A stretch of DNA of 64,000 bases from NCBI GenBank assembly GCA_043747615.1, contig JAYTOU010000017.1, positions 96,001 to 160,000 of the forward strand, written 5' to 3'. This document shows positions 1-10,225 of this stretch, one piece after another (positions within the stretch are counted from its first letter, which is position 1; the number at the start of each line of letters is the position of its first letter). A model generated the notes under the pieces. That model saw only the letters and a list, made by a program, of their open reading frames with translations, ran no database searches and was not told where the DNA came from. The position numbers and the translations under genes were made by a program. Origin of the DNA: Myxococcales bacterium. GTDB taxonomy: Bacteria > Myxococcota_A > Polyangia > Polyangiales > Polyangiaceae.

Positions 1-1
1 T

Positions 2-679
2 CAGCCCCGCCGCCCATACGAGCGGCGCGAGACGGTACCCGCGCAGCGAAGACACCGTGCCGCTGGAAGTGGCGACGGCGAACGCGAGCGTGGTGTGCCC
101 CGAGAAGAAGGAGAGGTTGTCATCCGACGGGCTCGCGGTGAGCTTTCGCACCTCCTTGGGTGCTCGCGGCAGGTAGTGAACGAAGGGGCGCTCGCGCGCG
201 AAGGCATATTTCGCGACCTGGTTGACGTTCCCAGCGATCATGGTCGCCTCGATCACGAGGAGCGCGTCGACGGGAACACCACGCGCATTTCTGTCGTTCG
301 CCGCCGCCACGGCGTTTAGCCCGATGGTCGACAGAGGCTCGATCGCGAAGGCGATGATGGAGCTCGTGATGTCCGCCGTGCTTGGCTGTTTCCAGATGAG
401 CTGCCGCCTGACCCAGCTGTCGTACGGGTTGAGCAGATCGGTTCCGTCTTCGCCTCGGTAGCACCACCGGCACTTTTCCGGCACGAGGACCGGCTTGAGC
501 AACTCGGACGTAGCGAGCCACACCGCACCGACCGAAGTGACCGCCACGTCGATGCGCGTATCGTAGGGGAGCTTCCGGACGTTCGAGCGCGGCGTGTCTT
601 GCGCGCGAGCGGGCATGCACGACATCGTGCCGATCAGTGCCGACAGCACGCCAGCGAGGGTCGACGTCAAGGAGCGCAA
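2..679 (-). CDS. PAP2-family phosphatase (membrane), 3' end runs off the window
   Basis: Not in the ORF track; read manually on the - strand: MRSLTSTLAGVLSALIG...AKYAFARERP...NLSFFSGHT. This gives the PAP2 motifs KxxxxRxRP and SFxSGH. The TTG start at 679 is inferred (alternative ATG at 616). Confidence 0.8.
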   Translation of the reverse strand, partial: MRSLTSTLAGVLSALIGTMSCMPARAQDTPRSNVRKLPYDTRIDVAVTSVGAVWLATSELLKPVLVPEKCRWCYRGEDGTDLLNPYDSWVRRQLIWKQPSTADITSSIIAFAIEPLSTIGLNAVAAANDRNARGVPVDALLVIEATMIAGNVNQVAKYAFARERPFVHYLPRAPKEVRKLTASPSDDNLSFFSGHTTLAFAVATSSGTVSSLRGYRLAPLVWAAGL

Positions 680-704
680 CGGGCTTGGAGTATAGTCGTT
701 TTCG

Positions 705-1628
705 ATGAAGGCTGGCACGCTCGTCAGGTCTGCGGTTGTGGTCGCCGCGCTGGTCTGCGTGCGTGACGCGCGCGCGCAGGCGCCCGGGTTCGCCGTCGAC
801 AGGTTCGAGCCAGCGGAGCGCGGGAGCGACTGGTTCGCGAACGAATCGCTCGACCTGCGCGGCAAGCTGCGCCCGGCCTTCGGCTTCGTCGTCGACTGGG
901 CATACCAACCTCTCGTCCTCCACGAGCGCGGGAATGTTCGCGGCCCGGCGCAGGGCGACGTGCTGACCGATCAAATTTTCGTGCATGCGGGGGGCACGCT
1001 CGTCTTCGCAAACCGCTTTCGCGTCGGCGCCAATCTGCCCCTCGCGATCTACCAGCACGGCGACGACGTTGCGCCGATCGCGATCGGCGTGCGTTCGCAA
1101 GACGGCGCGGGCGTCGGCGATCTTCGTCTTTCCGGCGACGCGCGTGTGCTTGGAGCGTACGGCGAGGAATTTACTGCCGCCGTAGGATTGCAGCTCCACC
1201 TTCCCACGGGGCGCCGCAATGCGCTCGCGAGCGACGGCACCGTGCGAGTTGCCCCACGCGTTCTGCTCGCCGGTGAGGTGGATTGGTTCCTGTACGCAGC
1301 GAAAGGCGGGTTCGCATACCGCCCGCTCGACGGCACCTTCGAGGGCAACAAGCTCGGCAGCGAATTTATTTTCAGCGCCGCGGCGGGCGTGAAGGTGAGC
1401 AAGCGCTTCGTGTTCGGTCCCGAGTTCGATGGGAGCACCATTGTCCTCGGCGGCGATGGCGCGTTCCGCAGGCGCAACACACCGCTCGAGCTTCTCTTCG
1501 GAGCGCACGTGACGCTCGCCGATCGTTGGCAGGGCGGGGTCGCGATTGGGCCCGGCCTCACGCGCGGCGATGGCAGTCCAAAGATGCGCGTGCTCGTCTC
1601 AGTCGAGTTCGCTCCCGAGCCGAATTAG
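705..1628 (+). CDS. Putative outer-membrane beta-barrel protein, paralog of the N-terminal domain of the OmpA protein at 2696
   Basis: Signal peptide ending ARA-Q and alternating beta-strand pattern. GFAVDRFEPAERGSDWF...LRPAFG matches GFAVNRFDPAEKGSDWF...FRPAFG of 2696..4552. Confidence 0.75.
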   Translation: MKAGTLVRSAVVVAALVCVRDARAQAPGFAVDRFEPAERGSDWFANESLDLRGKLRPAFGFVVDWAYQPLVLHERGNVRGPAQGDVLTDQIFVHAGGTLVFANRFRVGANLPLAIYQHGDDVAPIAIGVRSQDGAGVGDLRLSGDARVLGAYGEEFTAAVGLQLHLPTGRRNALASDGTVRVAPRVLLAGEVDWFLYAAKGGFAYRPLDGTFEGNKLGSEFIFSAAAGVKVSKRFVFGPEFDGSTIVLGGDGAFRRRNTPLELLFGAHVTLADRWQGGVAIGPGLTRGDGSPKMRVLVSVEFAPEPN

Positions 1629-1784
1629 GAGACCCTCAGGGATCCGCGGGCGCTGAGCTTGGCGCTGGTGACGATGTCACGCCGGAATCTACGTGCGTGC
1701 GTGCGTTCCCTCCTCTCTCACGAAGAGCTTCAGCGCGGCACGGTAGTGGCGAGCGATCAGAAACCGCATGTGAACGGACGCAAA

Positions 1785-2546
1785 TCAGAATTTGCCGTGA
1801 CGACCCGCTCCTGACGAAAAGCGTGCAGCGCCCTCGAGGGTCTCGCCGCTCACGAGGGTACGCATGCCGTGAATGAGCTCGTTTGCGAGGGCGTCGTCGA
1901 GCGAGAGCGACCACTGCTCAAGTGCACTCCGCCTGTCATTTCGCATGCAGACTCGAGGAAATTTGGAGATCTCGCGGGCCAGCGCCTCGGCTTCGCTGCG
2001 CGCGCTTCCGGCGGGGACGACGCGGTTCGCGAGCCCCATGTGGAGCGCCTCCGCAGCTCCCACCGCGCGGCCGGTGAGGATCATGTCGAGCGCGCGCGAT
2101 TGCCCGACGACGCGTGGCAGGCGAATCGTCCCGCCGTCGATGAGCGGCACGCCCCAACGCCGGCAGAACACTCCGAACGTCGCGTCTTCTTCGACTACCC
2201 GAAGATCGCACCACAGCGCGAGCTCGAGCCCACCCGCGACGGCGAAACCGGCGACGGCGGCGATGACCGGCTTCGACAACAGCATCCGGGTCGGACCCAT
2301 TGGGCCATCCCCCGTCACCTCGACCCGGTTACCGTTTCCTTCACCGATCGCCTTGAGATCTGCCCCCGCGCAGAACGTGCCGCCTTCGCCCCACAACACG
2401 ATGACGTCGGTCTGCGAATCGGCATCGAGCGCACGGAAAGCGTCGGCCAGGGCTCGTGCGGTTGGACCGTCGACCGCGTTTCGACGCTCGGGGCGAGATA
2501 GAATGACGGTAGCGACGCGGTCGCCCTGCTCGACGCGAACGGACAT
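1785..2546 (-). CDS. Enoyl-CoA hydratase/crotonase family protein
   Basis: RPERRNAV, FCAGADL, AVAGGLELALWCDLRV motifs. Confidence 0.92.
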   Translation of the reverse strand: MSVRVEQGDRVATVILSRPERRNAVDGPTARALADAFRALDADSQTDVIVLWGEGGTFCAGADLKAIGEGNGNRVEVTGDGPMGPTRMLLSKPVIAAVAGFAVAGGLELALWCDLRVVEEDATFGVFCRRWGVPLIDGGTIRLPRVVGQSRALDMILTGRAVGAAEALHMGLANRVVPAGSARSEAEALAREISKFPRVCMRNDRRSALEQWSLSLDDALANELIHGMRTLVSGETLEGAARFSSGAGRHGKF

Positions 2547-2695
2547 GGTGGGCGGGGAGTTATCACCAGGCTTCGACGCTGACGAGCGTCCTCATTCTCG
2601 AGCTGTTTGCAAGAAATTATTTCTACGGCGCGCGGCAAGAAACCACTCGGGCAATAGAAACGCCACCTCCGAGCAAATTCCGGTAAGAAGAGTGC

Positions 2696-4552
2696 ATGGC
2701 GACCCGCTCCTCGCACCGAATGTTTTGTCGCATTGGATTCACCGCGTTGACTGCGCTTCCTCTGCTCTTCGTTTCTGAAATGGCGGCGGCGCAGGGTGCG
2801 CCCGACCAAGCCGGCTTCGCCGTCAACCGCTTCGATCCCGCGGAAAAAGGCTCCGATTGGTTCGTGTCCGAGTCCCTCGATTTTCGTGGAAAGTTTCGCC
2901 CCGCGTTCGGGATCATCGGCGAGTGGGCCACGAAGGAAATGGTCTTTTACAACTTCGACGACTCGACGAAAGCGCGCTTCATCGAGCATCAGGCCTATTT
3001 CCACGTCGGCGGTAGCCTCGTGCTCTGGGACAGGCTGCGCATCGGCGCGAACGTTCCGCTCGCCATCTACCAGACCGGCGAGTCCACGACCGAGAACGGA
3101 GCTCGCCTCAACTCCCCCGAGAAGGCGGCGATCGGCGACGTGCGCGTGGGGGCCGACGTTCGCCTTTTCGGCGAGTACCGCGACGCCGTCGAAGGTGCCT
3201 TGGGCTTGCAAGTGCATTTGCCCACTGGCTCCCAAAACTTATTCACCGGGGATGGCTCCGCGCGCGTCGTTCCGCGGCTCATGCTCGCCGGCGACCTCGG
3301 TGATTTCGCGTACGCCCTTCGCGCGGGATACGAGCTTCGCGGCCGCGCCGAGCCGTTCGCGGGTCGTGCCTTCGGCGACGAGGTCACGGGCTCGCTCGCC
3401 ATCGGCGTACGCGTGCTCGACAAGAAACTCCTCATCGGACCGGAGTTCTACGGCGCCACCCTCGCCTCGAAGATGTTCAAGGACAAGACCACTCCGAGCG
3501 AAGTCCTGTTTGGTGCACACTACACGCACAGCGATTTCAAGTTCGGCGCCGGCCTCGGGAGCGGGCTCAGCAGGGCCTTCGGGTCGCCTCAGCTCCGCAT
3601 CATTTTAGGGGTCGAGTGGACGCCTGCGATGGAAGACGCCAACCCCGACCGCGACGGTGACCGAATCTTGGACAGGGACGACGTCTGCCCGGAAGTGCCC
3701 GGCGTGGTCAGCCAGTTGAGAAACGGTTGCCCGCCCGAGCAACGGCCGGAGCCCGTCGTCGTGGCGAAGCCCTCCGATCGTGACGGCGACGGCATCCCCG
3801 ACAGCGAGGACGCGTGTCCCGACGTTGCGGGAATCAAGACGGACGACCCCAAGACCAACGGCTGCCCGAGCGACAAGGACAAGGACGGCATCATCGACAC
3901 GGAAGACGCCTGCCCCGACGTCGCGGGCGTTCGCACGAGCGATCCCAAAACGAACGGCTGTCCGCCGAATCTCGATCGTGACAAGGACGGCATCGAGAAC
4001 GACCTCGACGCGTGCCCCGACGAGCCCGGCCCCAAGAGCGATGACCCCAAGACGAACGGCTGCCCGCGCGTCTTCATCAAGAACTCGATGATCCAGATCC
4101 TGGAGCAGCCGAAGTTCGACTTCAACAAGTCCGCCATCAAGAAAGAGAGCGATTCGCTCCTGACCGAGGTGGCCAAGGTGATGGCCGACCACCCCGAGAT
4201 CAAGCGCGTCCGCATCGAAGGGCACACCGACAACGTCGGCAACGCCGCCTACAACAAGAAGCTCTCGGAGCAGCGCGCTCAGTCGGTCGTCAACTGGCTT
4301 GCCGCACACGGTGCCTCGAAGGACCGCCTCACGGCCGTGGGCTTGGGCAAAGAACGTCCCCTCATGGGCAACGACACCGACGCTGGGCGAGCGGCCAATC
4401 GTCGCGTCGAATTCCACATCGAAGATCAGGACGCGACGCACAAAGAGATGGTGAAGACTCCCGACGGAGGCCGCGAACCGGCTCCCCCGGCGACCCTCGG
4501 CATCCCGGAAGGCGCCAAGCCCACACCCGCGAAGGATCTCCCCAAGCCGTAG
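2696..4552 (+). CDS. OmpA-family outer membrane protein with thrombospondin type 3 (Ca-binding) repeats
   Basis: Signal peptide, barrel-like N-terminus, DxDGDGIxDxxDxCP repeats, and a C-terminal OmpA domain (IEGHTDNVG...N..LS..RA...NRRVEF). Confidence 0.9.
   Translation: MATRSSHRMFCRIGFTALTALPLLFVSEMAAAQGAPDQAGFAVNRFDPAEKGSDWFVSESLDFRGKFRPAFGIIGEWATKEMVFYNFDDSTKARFIEHQAYFHVGGSLVLWDRLRIGANVPLAIYQTGESTTENGARLNSPEKAAIGDVRVGADVRLFGEYRDAVEGALGLQVHLPTGSQNLFTGDGSARVVPRLMLAGDLGDFAYALRAGYELRGRAEPFAGRAFGDEVTGSLAIGVRVLDKKLLIGPEFYGATLASKMFKDKTTPSEVLFGAHYTHSDFKFGAGLGSGLSRAFGSPQLRIILGVEWTPAMEDANPDRDGDRILDRDDVCPEVPGVVSQLRNGCPPEQRPEPVVVAKPSDRDGDGIPDSEDACPDVAGIKTDDPKTNGCPSDKDKDGIIDTEDACPDVAGVRTSDPKTNGCPPNLDRDKDGIENDLDACPDEPGPKSDDPKTNGCPRVFIKNSMIQILEQPKFDFNKSAIKKESDSLLTEVAKVMADHPEIKRVRIEGHTDNVGNAAYNKKLSEQRAQSVVNWLAAHGASKDRLTAVGLGKERPLMGNDTDAGRAANRRVEFHIEDQDATHKEMVKTPDGGREPAPPATLGIPEGAKPTPAKDLPKP
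3646..4070 (+). repeat. Coding tandem TSP3-like repeats (four DxDxDGxxDxxDxCP units, three of them followed by DPKTNGCP)
   Basis: Repeated gacaaggacggcatc...gcctgccccgac...gaccccaagaccaacggctgcccg units of about 99-105 nt. Confidence 0.85.
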
Positions 4553-4576
4553 GGCGGGCCTCGGCTGCGTCGCGAC

Positions 4577-5743
4577 TCAGCGTTTGATTTCGCCGAGCTC
4601 GATGCGGCCGTACGCATAGGTGATCGTGCGGACGAAGGCGCTCCGGGCGTCGACGCTGAGCATGCGGAGGTGACGCGGGTCACCGAAGAGAACGACTTCG
4701 GCAACGCTGCGCCCGGCGTCGATCTCAATGACGGACGCGGCGGCGGGGGAGACTCGGCCCACGACAATCCCGCATTTCAAAGGCTTCTTCGTCTTGTCTG
4801 GCCCCTTCGCGCAACCGGACACGATGACGAGCTCTTCGTTCGAGGCCGGGTGCCACGTCCAGGCTTGCGATGCGATGAAGGTTTCGGTCTCACTTCCCCA
4901 CTTCTTCGTGCCGAGGCCGATAAGCGGTGCCGCAAGCTCACTTGGCTTCATGCTTCGCTCGATCGGGACGGTAGGCTTGATCTCGATCGTCACCTCGCCC
5001 GGATTGCGCGGGCCCATGCAGCAACGGAACCCCATCGTTGCTCCCTTGGACGTGACCGTGCGACCGATTCCGTTTGCGCACCGTCCGACGATCTCTCCCG
5101 CGATGGAGTTGCCGCCACGCAGGACGCCGAGGTCGCCCTTCGCCCCGCGCTTCCAGGCGCTGTCGGTCCACTCCCAAACGCCGCCGTGAAGGTCCATCAC
5201 CCCGAACGCGCTCTTGCACGCCAGGCGTTCGCCGCTCGGACGACGCGCCGACTCTTCGATCGCCACGCCGGTGATGCACGATGCCGCGCGGTAAGGATCC
5301 CCGTACTCGTAGGTGAAATTGTCGGGGCCCTTGCACGAGCGCTCCCACTCGAGCTCCGTGCAGAGGCGCTTGCCCTTCGTCTCGCAGAGGTGAGCGGCGT
5401 CGTCGCGCGACACGTTCGAAGTGGGAATGGCTCCGGCCTCGTTCGGGTACGGATAGAGATCGACGTAGAATCCACCGAGCGTCATCTCGGTTCCCGGAGG
5501 CTCTTCGTCCGGCACGCGGGGCACGCGATCGAGAGGTGTTCCGGCGTGAAGAACACCGGCGGGAATCCAGGCCATTCCTGGTCTCGCGGCACCGAGGACG
5601 GGCGCGCTCGGCGAAGCGACGGGAGCCGTCACCGCAGCATCGCTCGAGAGTGCAGAGCTCGATTTTCCGCAGCCGCCGCAACCGACCTGACCCAGAGCGA
5701 GGAGCGCGCCGAGTGCACGCAAGCAACGTGGGGTCACGCGCAC
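4577..5743 (-). CDS. FGE-sulfatase (SUMF1/EgtB/PvdO-type) domain lipoprotein
   Basis: Lipobox-like QVGC, KRLCTELEWERSC, MDLHGGVWEW, GFRCC. Confidence 0.85.
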   Translation of the reverse strand: MRVTPRCLRALGALLALGQVGCGGCGKSSSALSSDAAVTAPVASPSAPVLGAARPGMAWIPAGVLHAGTPLDRVPRVPDEEPPGTEMTLGGFYVDLYPYPNEAGAIPTSNVSRDDAAHLCETKGKRLCTELEWERSCKGPDNFTYEYGDPYRAASCITGVAIEESARRPSGERLACKSAFGVMDLHGGVWEWTDSAWKRGAKGDLGVLRGGNSIAGEIVGRCANGIGRTVTSKGATMGFRCCMGPRNPGEVTIEIKPTVPIERSMKPSELAAPLIGLGTKKWGSETETFIASQAWTWHPASNEELVIVSGCAKGPDKTKKPLKCGIVVGRVSPAAASVIEIDAGRSVAEVVLFGDPRHLRMLSVDARSAFVRTITYAYGRIELGEIKR

Positions 5744-5746
5744 GAC

Positions 5747-7186
5747 CTAGTCCCCCTTCTCGTTCGCCCCTTCGCGTAGCCCAAGCTCTTTCATTTTGAG
5801 CTGAAGCCCCTTGCGCGAAATCTTCAGGAGCCGCGCGGCGTGGGTCACGTTGCCACCCGTCTGGGTGAGGGCACGGCCAACGAGCTCGCGCTCGAGGCGG
5901 TTCATCGCCACCTTCACGTGCTCTTTGAGGCCACCCTCGTTCGAGAGCGCAGCGTGGAGATCGGCTTCGTTCAACGGAGGGCTCGACAGATGCGAGCTGC
6001 CGCGAAGCTCGGGCGGGAGATCCTCGGACCTGAGCTTTTGGGTGTCGCAGAAGAGAACGGCGCGCTCGATCACGTTCTCGAGCTCGCGGATATTTCCCGG
6101 CCACGGATAAGCGCAGAGAAATTCCATTGCCTCGGGCTCGGTGCCAGCTACGTGCTTTTTCAAGCGCTCGTTGAATTTGGTCAGAAAATGCTCGACCAGG
6201 AGCGGCACGTCGGTGGCTCGCTCGCGAAGGGCGGGGAGGCGAATGGGGACTACGTTGAGGCGGTAGAAGAGATCCTCGCGGAAGCCGCCGGCGGCGATGA
6301 GCTTCTTCAGATCGCGGTTCGTCGCGGCAACGAGGCGCACGTCGACCCGGATGGTCTTGATGCCGCCGACCCGTTCGAACTCGCTCTCTTGCAGTGCGCG
6401 CAGGAGCTTGACCTGCATTTCGACCGGTATTTCGCCGATCTCATCCAGAAAAAGCGTGCCCTGGTTGGCGAGCTCGAACCTCCCGGGCTTGGAGCTCACG
6501 GCGCCTGTGAAAGCACCGCGCTCGTAGCCGAAGAGCTCGCTCTCGATGAGCTCCTTCGGAATGGCCGCGCAGTTCACCTTGATGAAAGGCTTGTCCTTGC
6601 GGATGGAGTGGTCGTGGAGCGCGCGGGCGACGAGCTCCTTTCCGGTGCCGCTCTCGCCGGTGATGAGCACGGTGGTCGGAGTGTCTGCGACGCGCTCGAG
6701 GACGGCGTAAAGATCCGTCAGCCCGGCCGAGTTACCGATGATGTTGAAGCGCGCACCGGGAACGGCTTGAGACGCCGGTGAGGCTTCCGCACCCGCGAGA
6801 AGCCTTGTTTTCAAGGCTTTGGCGACGATCGCGCGCACTTCGTCTTTGTCGAAGGGCTTGGTCAGATAATCGAACGCCCCGATCTTGAGGGCTTCCACCG
6901 CGGTATCGACGGTGCCGTGCGCGGTGATCATCACGATGGGGAGCTCGGGATCCTCGCGGAGCGCTTCCCTGAGGAGCGTCATGCCGTCTACTTTGGGCAT
7001 CTTCAGGTCGGTGACGACGAGATCGATGTGGTGCTCGCGCAAGATCTGGAGCCCTTGCTCGCCATCTTCCGCCGTGAGCACGTCGTACCCGTCGCGCGAC
7101 AGCTGCGCGGAGAGGATCTTGCGCAGGTTGGGCTCATCGTCGACGATGAGGACCTGCTTCTTTTCGGGCAGCATGGGGAGCTGCAT
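5747..7186 (-). CDS. Sigma54-dependent response regulator (NtrC-family enhancer-binding protein)
   Basis: Receiver domain (VDDE, TDLKMP), GESGTGKELVAR, GAFTGA, WPGNIRELEN, Fis-type HTH. Confidence 0.95.
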   Translation of the reverse strand: MQLPMLPEKKQVLIVDDEPNLRKILSAQLSRDGYDVLTAEDGEQGLQILREHHIDLVVTDLKMPKVDGMTLLREALREDPELPIVMITAHGTVDTAVEALKIGAFDYLTKPFDKDEVRAIVAKALKTRLLAGAEASPASQAVPGARFNIIGNSAGLTDLYAVLERVADTPTTVLITGESGTGKELVARALHDHSIRKDKPFIKVNCAAIPKELIESELFGYERGAFTGAVSSKPGRFELANQGTLFLDEIGEIPVEMQVKLLRALQESEFERVGGIKTIRVDVRLVAATNRDLKKLIAAGGFREDLFYRLNVVPIRLPALRERATDVPLLVEHFLTKFNERLKKHVAGTEPEAMEFLCAYPWPGNIRELENVIERAVLFCDTQKLRSEDLPPELRGSSHLSSPPLNEADLHAALSNEGGLKEHVKVAMNRLERELVGRALTQTGGNVTHAARLLKISRKGLQLKMKELGLREGANEKGD

Positions 7187-7203
7187 CGTATCAGAGGCGC
7201 GAC

Positions 7204-8343
7204 CTACAGGGACGCCTCGTAAAGCTTGGCCAGATCCTCCCGGGTGGTGGGGCGCGGATTGGATCGATGGCAGGCGTCCTCGAGGGCTTTGGCGGAGAGC
7301 GTCGGGATGTCGGTGATCGTCACGCCTTCGCGCGCGAGCCCGTCGGGGAGGCCGACCCTGGTGCGGAGTGCTCGGAGTGCGCCGGCCGCGCTCTTGGCTT
7401 TCGGATCGAGGATTTGCCGGATGCGCTCGAGCTTCTCGGGCACCACCGATTCGTTGTATTCAACAACCGCCGGCAAGCAGAGCGCGTTCGCGAGGCCGTG
7501 GTGCAGCCCCTTCTCGCTCGAGAGCGGGTGGGCAAGGGAGTGACAAGCGCCGAGACCTTTTTGGAACGCGACCGCACCCATCATTGCGGCCTTCATCATT
7601 CCGCCGCGGGCGTCGATGTCGAGCGCTTGATCGACGGCGCGGGCGAGGTAGGTCGCGCACAGCTCGAGGCCGCCGATTGCGATCCCGTCGGCCATCGGAT
7701 GATCGCCAAGCGAACAGTAGGCCTCGACGCAGTGCGTGAGGGCGTCGAAACCCGTGGCCGCCGTGATGCGCGGAGGCATCGTGCGCGTGAGCTCGGGATC
7801 GAGAATCGCCGCTCGCGCCAAGAGGTACGGGCTGAAAATAACCGTCTTTCGCCCGGTTGCCTTGAGGGTCACCACTCCGGAGCGCCCAACTTCGCTTCCC
7901 GTCCCTGCCGTCGTCGGGACCGTGATGATCGGCGGAATGTTCGCAGTGATGAACGTGTCACCGCCCGTCGCGTCGTCGTAGTCGACGAGGTCCCGCTCGT
8001 GGGTCGTCTTGAGGGCGATGAGCTTGCCGGTGTCGAGCGGAGCGCCGCCGCCGACGCACACCACGACGTCCGCGCCGTGCGCTTTGTACGCGTCGACGCC
8101 GTCGAAGACGTTCTTCTCCACCGGGTTCGGATCGACCTTGTCGAAGAGGTGCGCGGCGATGCCCGCGGTGGTGAGCACGCTCATCACCCGCTCGGCGATG
8201 CCGGCCTTTACGACGCCGGGATCACACACGACGAGCGCGCGCGTGCCGCCTACGCGCTTTACGTGGTCCGCGAGGTAGCTGATGGCGCCGGCGCCGAAAA
8301 CGATGGTGGTCGGGAAGCTCCAGGTGACGACTTGCATGGTCAC
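7204..8343 (-). CDS. Iron-containing alcohol dehydrogenase
   Basis: GGG(A)PLDTGK, PTTAGTGSE, DALTHCVEAY, HSLAH...HHG. Confidence 0.92.
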   Translation of the reverse strand: MTMQVVTWSFPTTIVFGAGAISYLADHVKRVGGTRALVVCDPGVVKAGIAERVMSVLTTAGIAAHLFDKVDPNPVEKNVFDGVDAYKAHGADVVVCVGGGAPLDTGKLIALKTTHERDLVDYDDATGGDTFITANIPPIITVPTTAGTGSEVGRSGVVTLKATGRKTVIFSPYLLARAAILDPELTRTMPPRITAATGFDALTHCVEAYCSLGDHPMADGIAIGGLELCATYLARAVDQALDIDARGGMMKAAMMGAVAFQKGLGACHSLAHPLSSEKGLHHGLANALCLPAVVEYNESVVPEKLERIRQILDPKAKSAAGALRALRTRVGLPDGLAREGVTITDIPTLSAKALEDACHRSNPRPTTREDLAKLYEASL

Positions 8344-8356
8344 CGGCGTAGCATTT

Positions 8357-8767
8357 TTAGAAACGCTGAGGTCCCTGTTGGGCAGAAATCGGCCCCCACA
8401 CCGTGAACGAAATGTTCTGTTGCGCTCTGAACTTTCCCCGGTATTGAGCGGTGCCTGAGGCCAAAAGAGAAACGACCTCTCCGCCCATCCCGCACGCCCG
8501 CGGGCGAACGATCTTACGGATCTCCTCGGACATGGCGTCGGTACCCTCGTCCGCGCGGATGTTCACCGCGCCGATCATTTCGTATTTTCCGCCGGAGCCG
8601 AAATTCCCCCCCGGGGCCATGTCGTTCGCCGAGACCGAGACGAACTCGAGCGGGCAATCGGCGACCTTCGCAGGATGCGGCGCGCCCATGCGAACCTCAC
8701 CGACCGTCGCACCCGGACCGCAGCCCGCGAGCGCCATCATCGAAACCACGAGTATCCACCGCGTCAT
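8357..8767 (-). CDS. Hypothetical lipoprotein
   Basis: MTRWILVVSMMALAGC lipobox; GGAGG ribosome-binding site before the ATG at 8767. Confidence 0.7.
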   Translation of the reverse strand: MTRWILVVSMMALAGCGPGATVGEVRMGAPHPAKVADCPLEFVSVSANDMAPGGNFGSGGKYEMIGAVNIRADEGTDAMSEEIRKIVRPRACGMGGEVVSLLASGTAQYRGKFRAQQNISFTVWGPISAQQGPQRF

Positions 8768-8843
8768 CGATCCTCCATGTTCTTTCGAGTAGAGCCCGCG
8801 AAACGCCGCGCGTCGCAGGAAATCGGCAGAACGTTTCACGCCC

Positions 8844-10190
8844 CTAAATCGCCTCGAAATAGCGCTTTAGCTCCCACTCCGTCACCGCCCGCTCGTGCTG
8901 GCGAACTTCCCACTCGCGGGTGCGCACGTAGTGATCGACGAAACCCGGGGTGAGAATTTTCGGCGCCTCGGTACAAAGCGAGAGGATGCGCGTGGCATCT
9001 TTCAGCGTCCGAGGAAGGGGCGCGTAGGCTCCGTCGCTCTTCGAGGCGTCTCCTTCGGCGGGCGGCCGCGCTTCGGTTTTGTTGTCGATCCCCCAGAGTC
9101 CGGCTCCGAGGCAGGTAGCGATCGCGATGTACGGGTTCATGTCCGCCGCCGTCTGCCGGTACTCGAGCCGCGTCGCTTTTTCGCCGCCGGTGATCGCTCG
9201 GATCGCACAGGTGCGGTTCTCCATTCCCCACGCGGCCGTGAGGGGCGCCCATACGCCGGGCACGTACCTCTTGTAGCTGTTGATGGTCGGCGAATAGAGA
9301 GCGGTGAGCGTGGGCATGTTGAGGATCTGCCCGCCGAGATAATTTTTCGCGAGTGGGCTGATCCCGTCCTTCGGATCAAAAAAGACGTTCTTTTTCCCGC
9401 TCCAGAGCGACTGGTGGAGGTGCCCGCTCGAGCCGGGCAAGTCGGCGTTCCACTTGGCCATGAAGGTCACCGCGAGCCCGCGCTTCGCACAAAGCTGCTT
9501 CATGCCGCTCTTGAAGAGCGCCGCCTTGTCCGCCATGCGCAGCGCTTCGTCGTAACGAATGGCCACCTCGAACACGCCGGGCCCTGTCTCGGTGTGGAGC
9601 GCTTCGATCGGAATGTCGAACGCGTTCATGTCGTCGAGGATCGCCTCGCAGAGCTCGCTGCTTTGACCCTCGCGCACCCAGGAGTAACCGAACATTCCTG
9701 GGCTTAGCGGGGTGAGATTGCGGAAGCCCTTGGCGTGAAGCGACTCGGGTGTCTCCTTGAAGAGGAAGAACTCGAACTCGGCACCGAAGCTCGCCGAGTA
9801 GCCCTTGGCTGCAGCGCGGGCGAGGACGGTCTTGAGCAGTGAGCGCGGACACGCAGGATGCGGCGAGCCGTCCGGAAGAACGAAATCGACGAGAAACGCA
9901 GCCGTTTTTGGCTCCCAGGGGATAACACGAAAGGTAGCGGCGTCGATGCGCGCGAGCGTGTCGGGGTAGCCCGTCGACCATCCGGTGACGGTGGCGTTGT
10001 CGTAGAGCACGTCTCCGCTGTCCCATCCGAAGATGACGTCGCAGAAGCCGAATCCGTCCTCGAGCGCGCTCCAGAACTTCTCGAGCGAGACGTACTTGCC
10101 GCGGAGAATGCCGTCGACGTCGAAGCCGCCCAGCTTGACCTTGGTGATGCCGCGCGCCTCGAACTCAGCGCGTAGTTCTTTCGGAGTCAT
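8844..10190 (-). CDS. Glutamine synthetase-like protein (probable gamma-glutamyl-amine/polyamine ligase)
   Basis: DVDGILRGK, EFEFFLF, HTETGPGVFE, GSSGHLHQSL, NSYKR, WGMENRT, RLEYR. Start set at ATG 10190 (MTPKEL). Confidence 0.9.
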   Translation of the reverse strand: MTPKELRAEFEARGITKVKLGGFDVDGILRGKYVSLEKFWSALEDGFGFCDVIFGWDSGDVLYDNATVTGWSTGYPDTLARIDAATFRVIPWEPKTAAFLVDFVLPDGSPHPACPRSLLKTVLARAAAKGYSASFGAEFEFFLFKETPESLHAKGFRNLTPLSPGMFGYSWVREGQSSELCEAILDDMNAFDIPIEALHTETGPGVFEVAIRYDEALRMADKAALFKSGMKQLCAKRGLAVTFMAKWNADLPGSSGHLHQSLWSGKKNVFFDPKDGISPLAKNYLGGQILNMPTLTALYSPTINSYKRYVPGVWAPLTAAWGMENRTCAIRAITGGEKATRLEYRQTAADMNPYIAIATCLGAGLWGIDNKTEARPPAEGDASKSDGAYAPLPRTLKDATRILSLCTEAPKILTPGFVDHYVRTREWEVRQHERAVTEWELKRYFEAI

Positions 10191-10225
10191 GGCTCCGACC
10201 TTACCCTCATGGTATTCGGCCTGAA

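Noticed and set aside
1629..1784. Intergenic gap between convergent genes, examined for tRNA or sRNA
   Set aside because: No cloverleaf, T-loop motif or convincing stem was found.
3646..4070. Regularly spaced DNA repeats that might suggest a CRISPR array
   Set aside because: They are in-frame, degenerate at third codon positions and encode TSP3 repeats; no cas genes are present.
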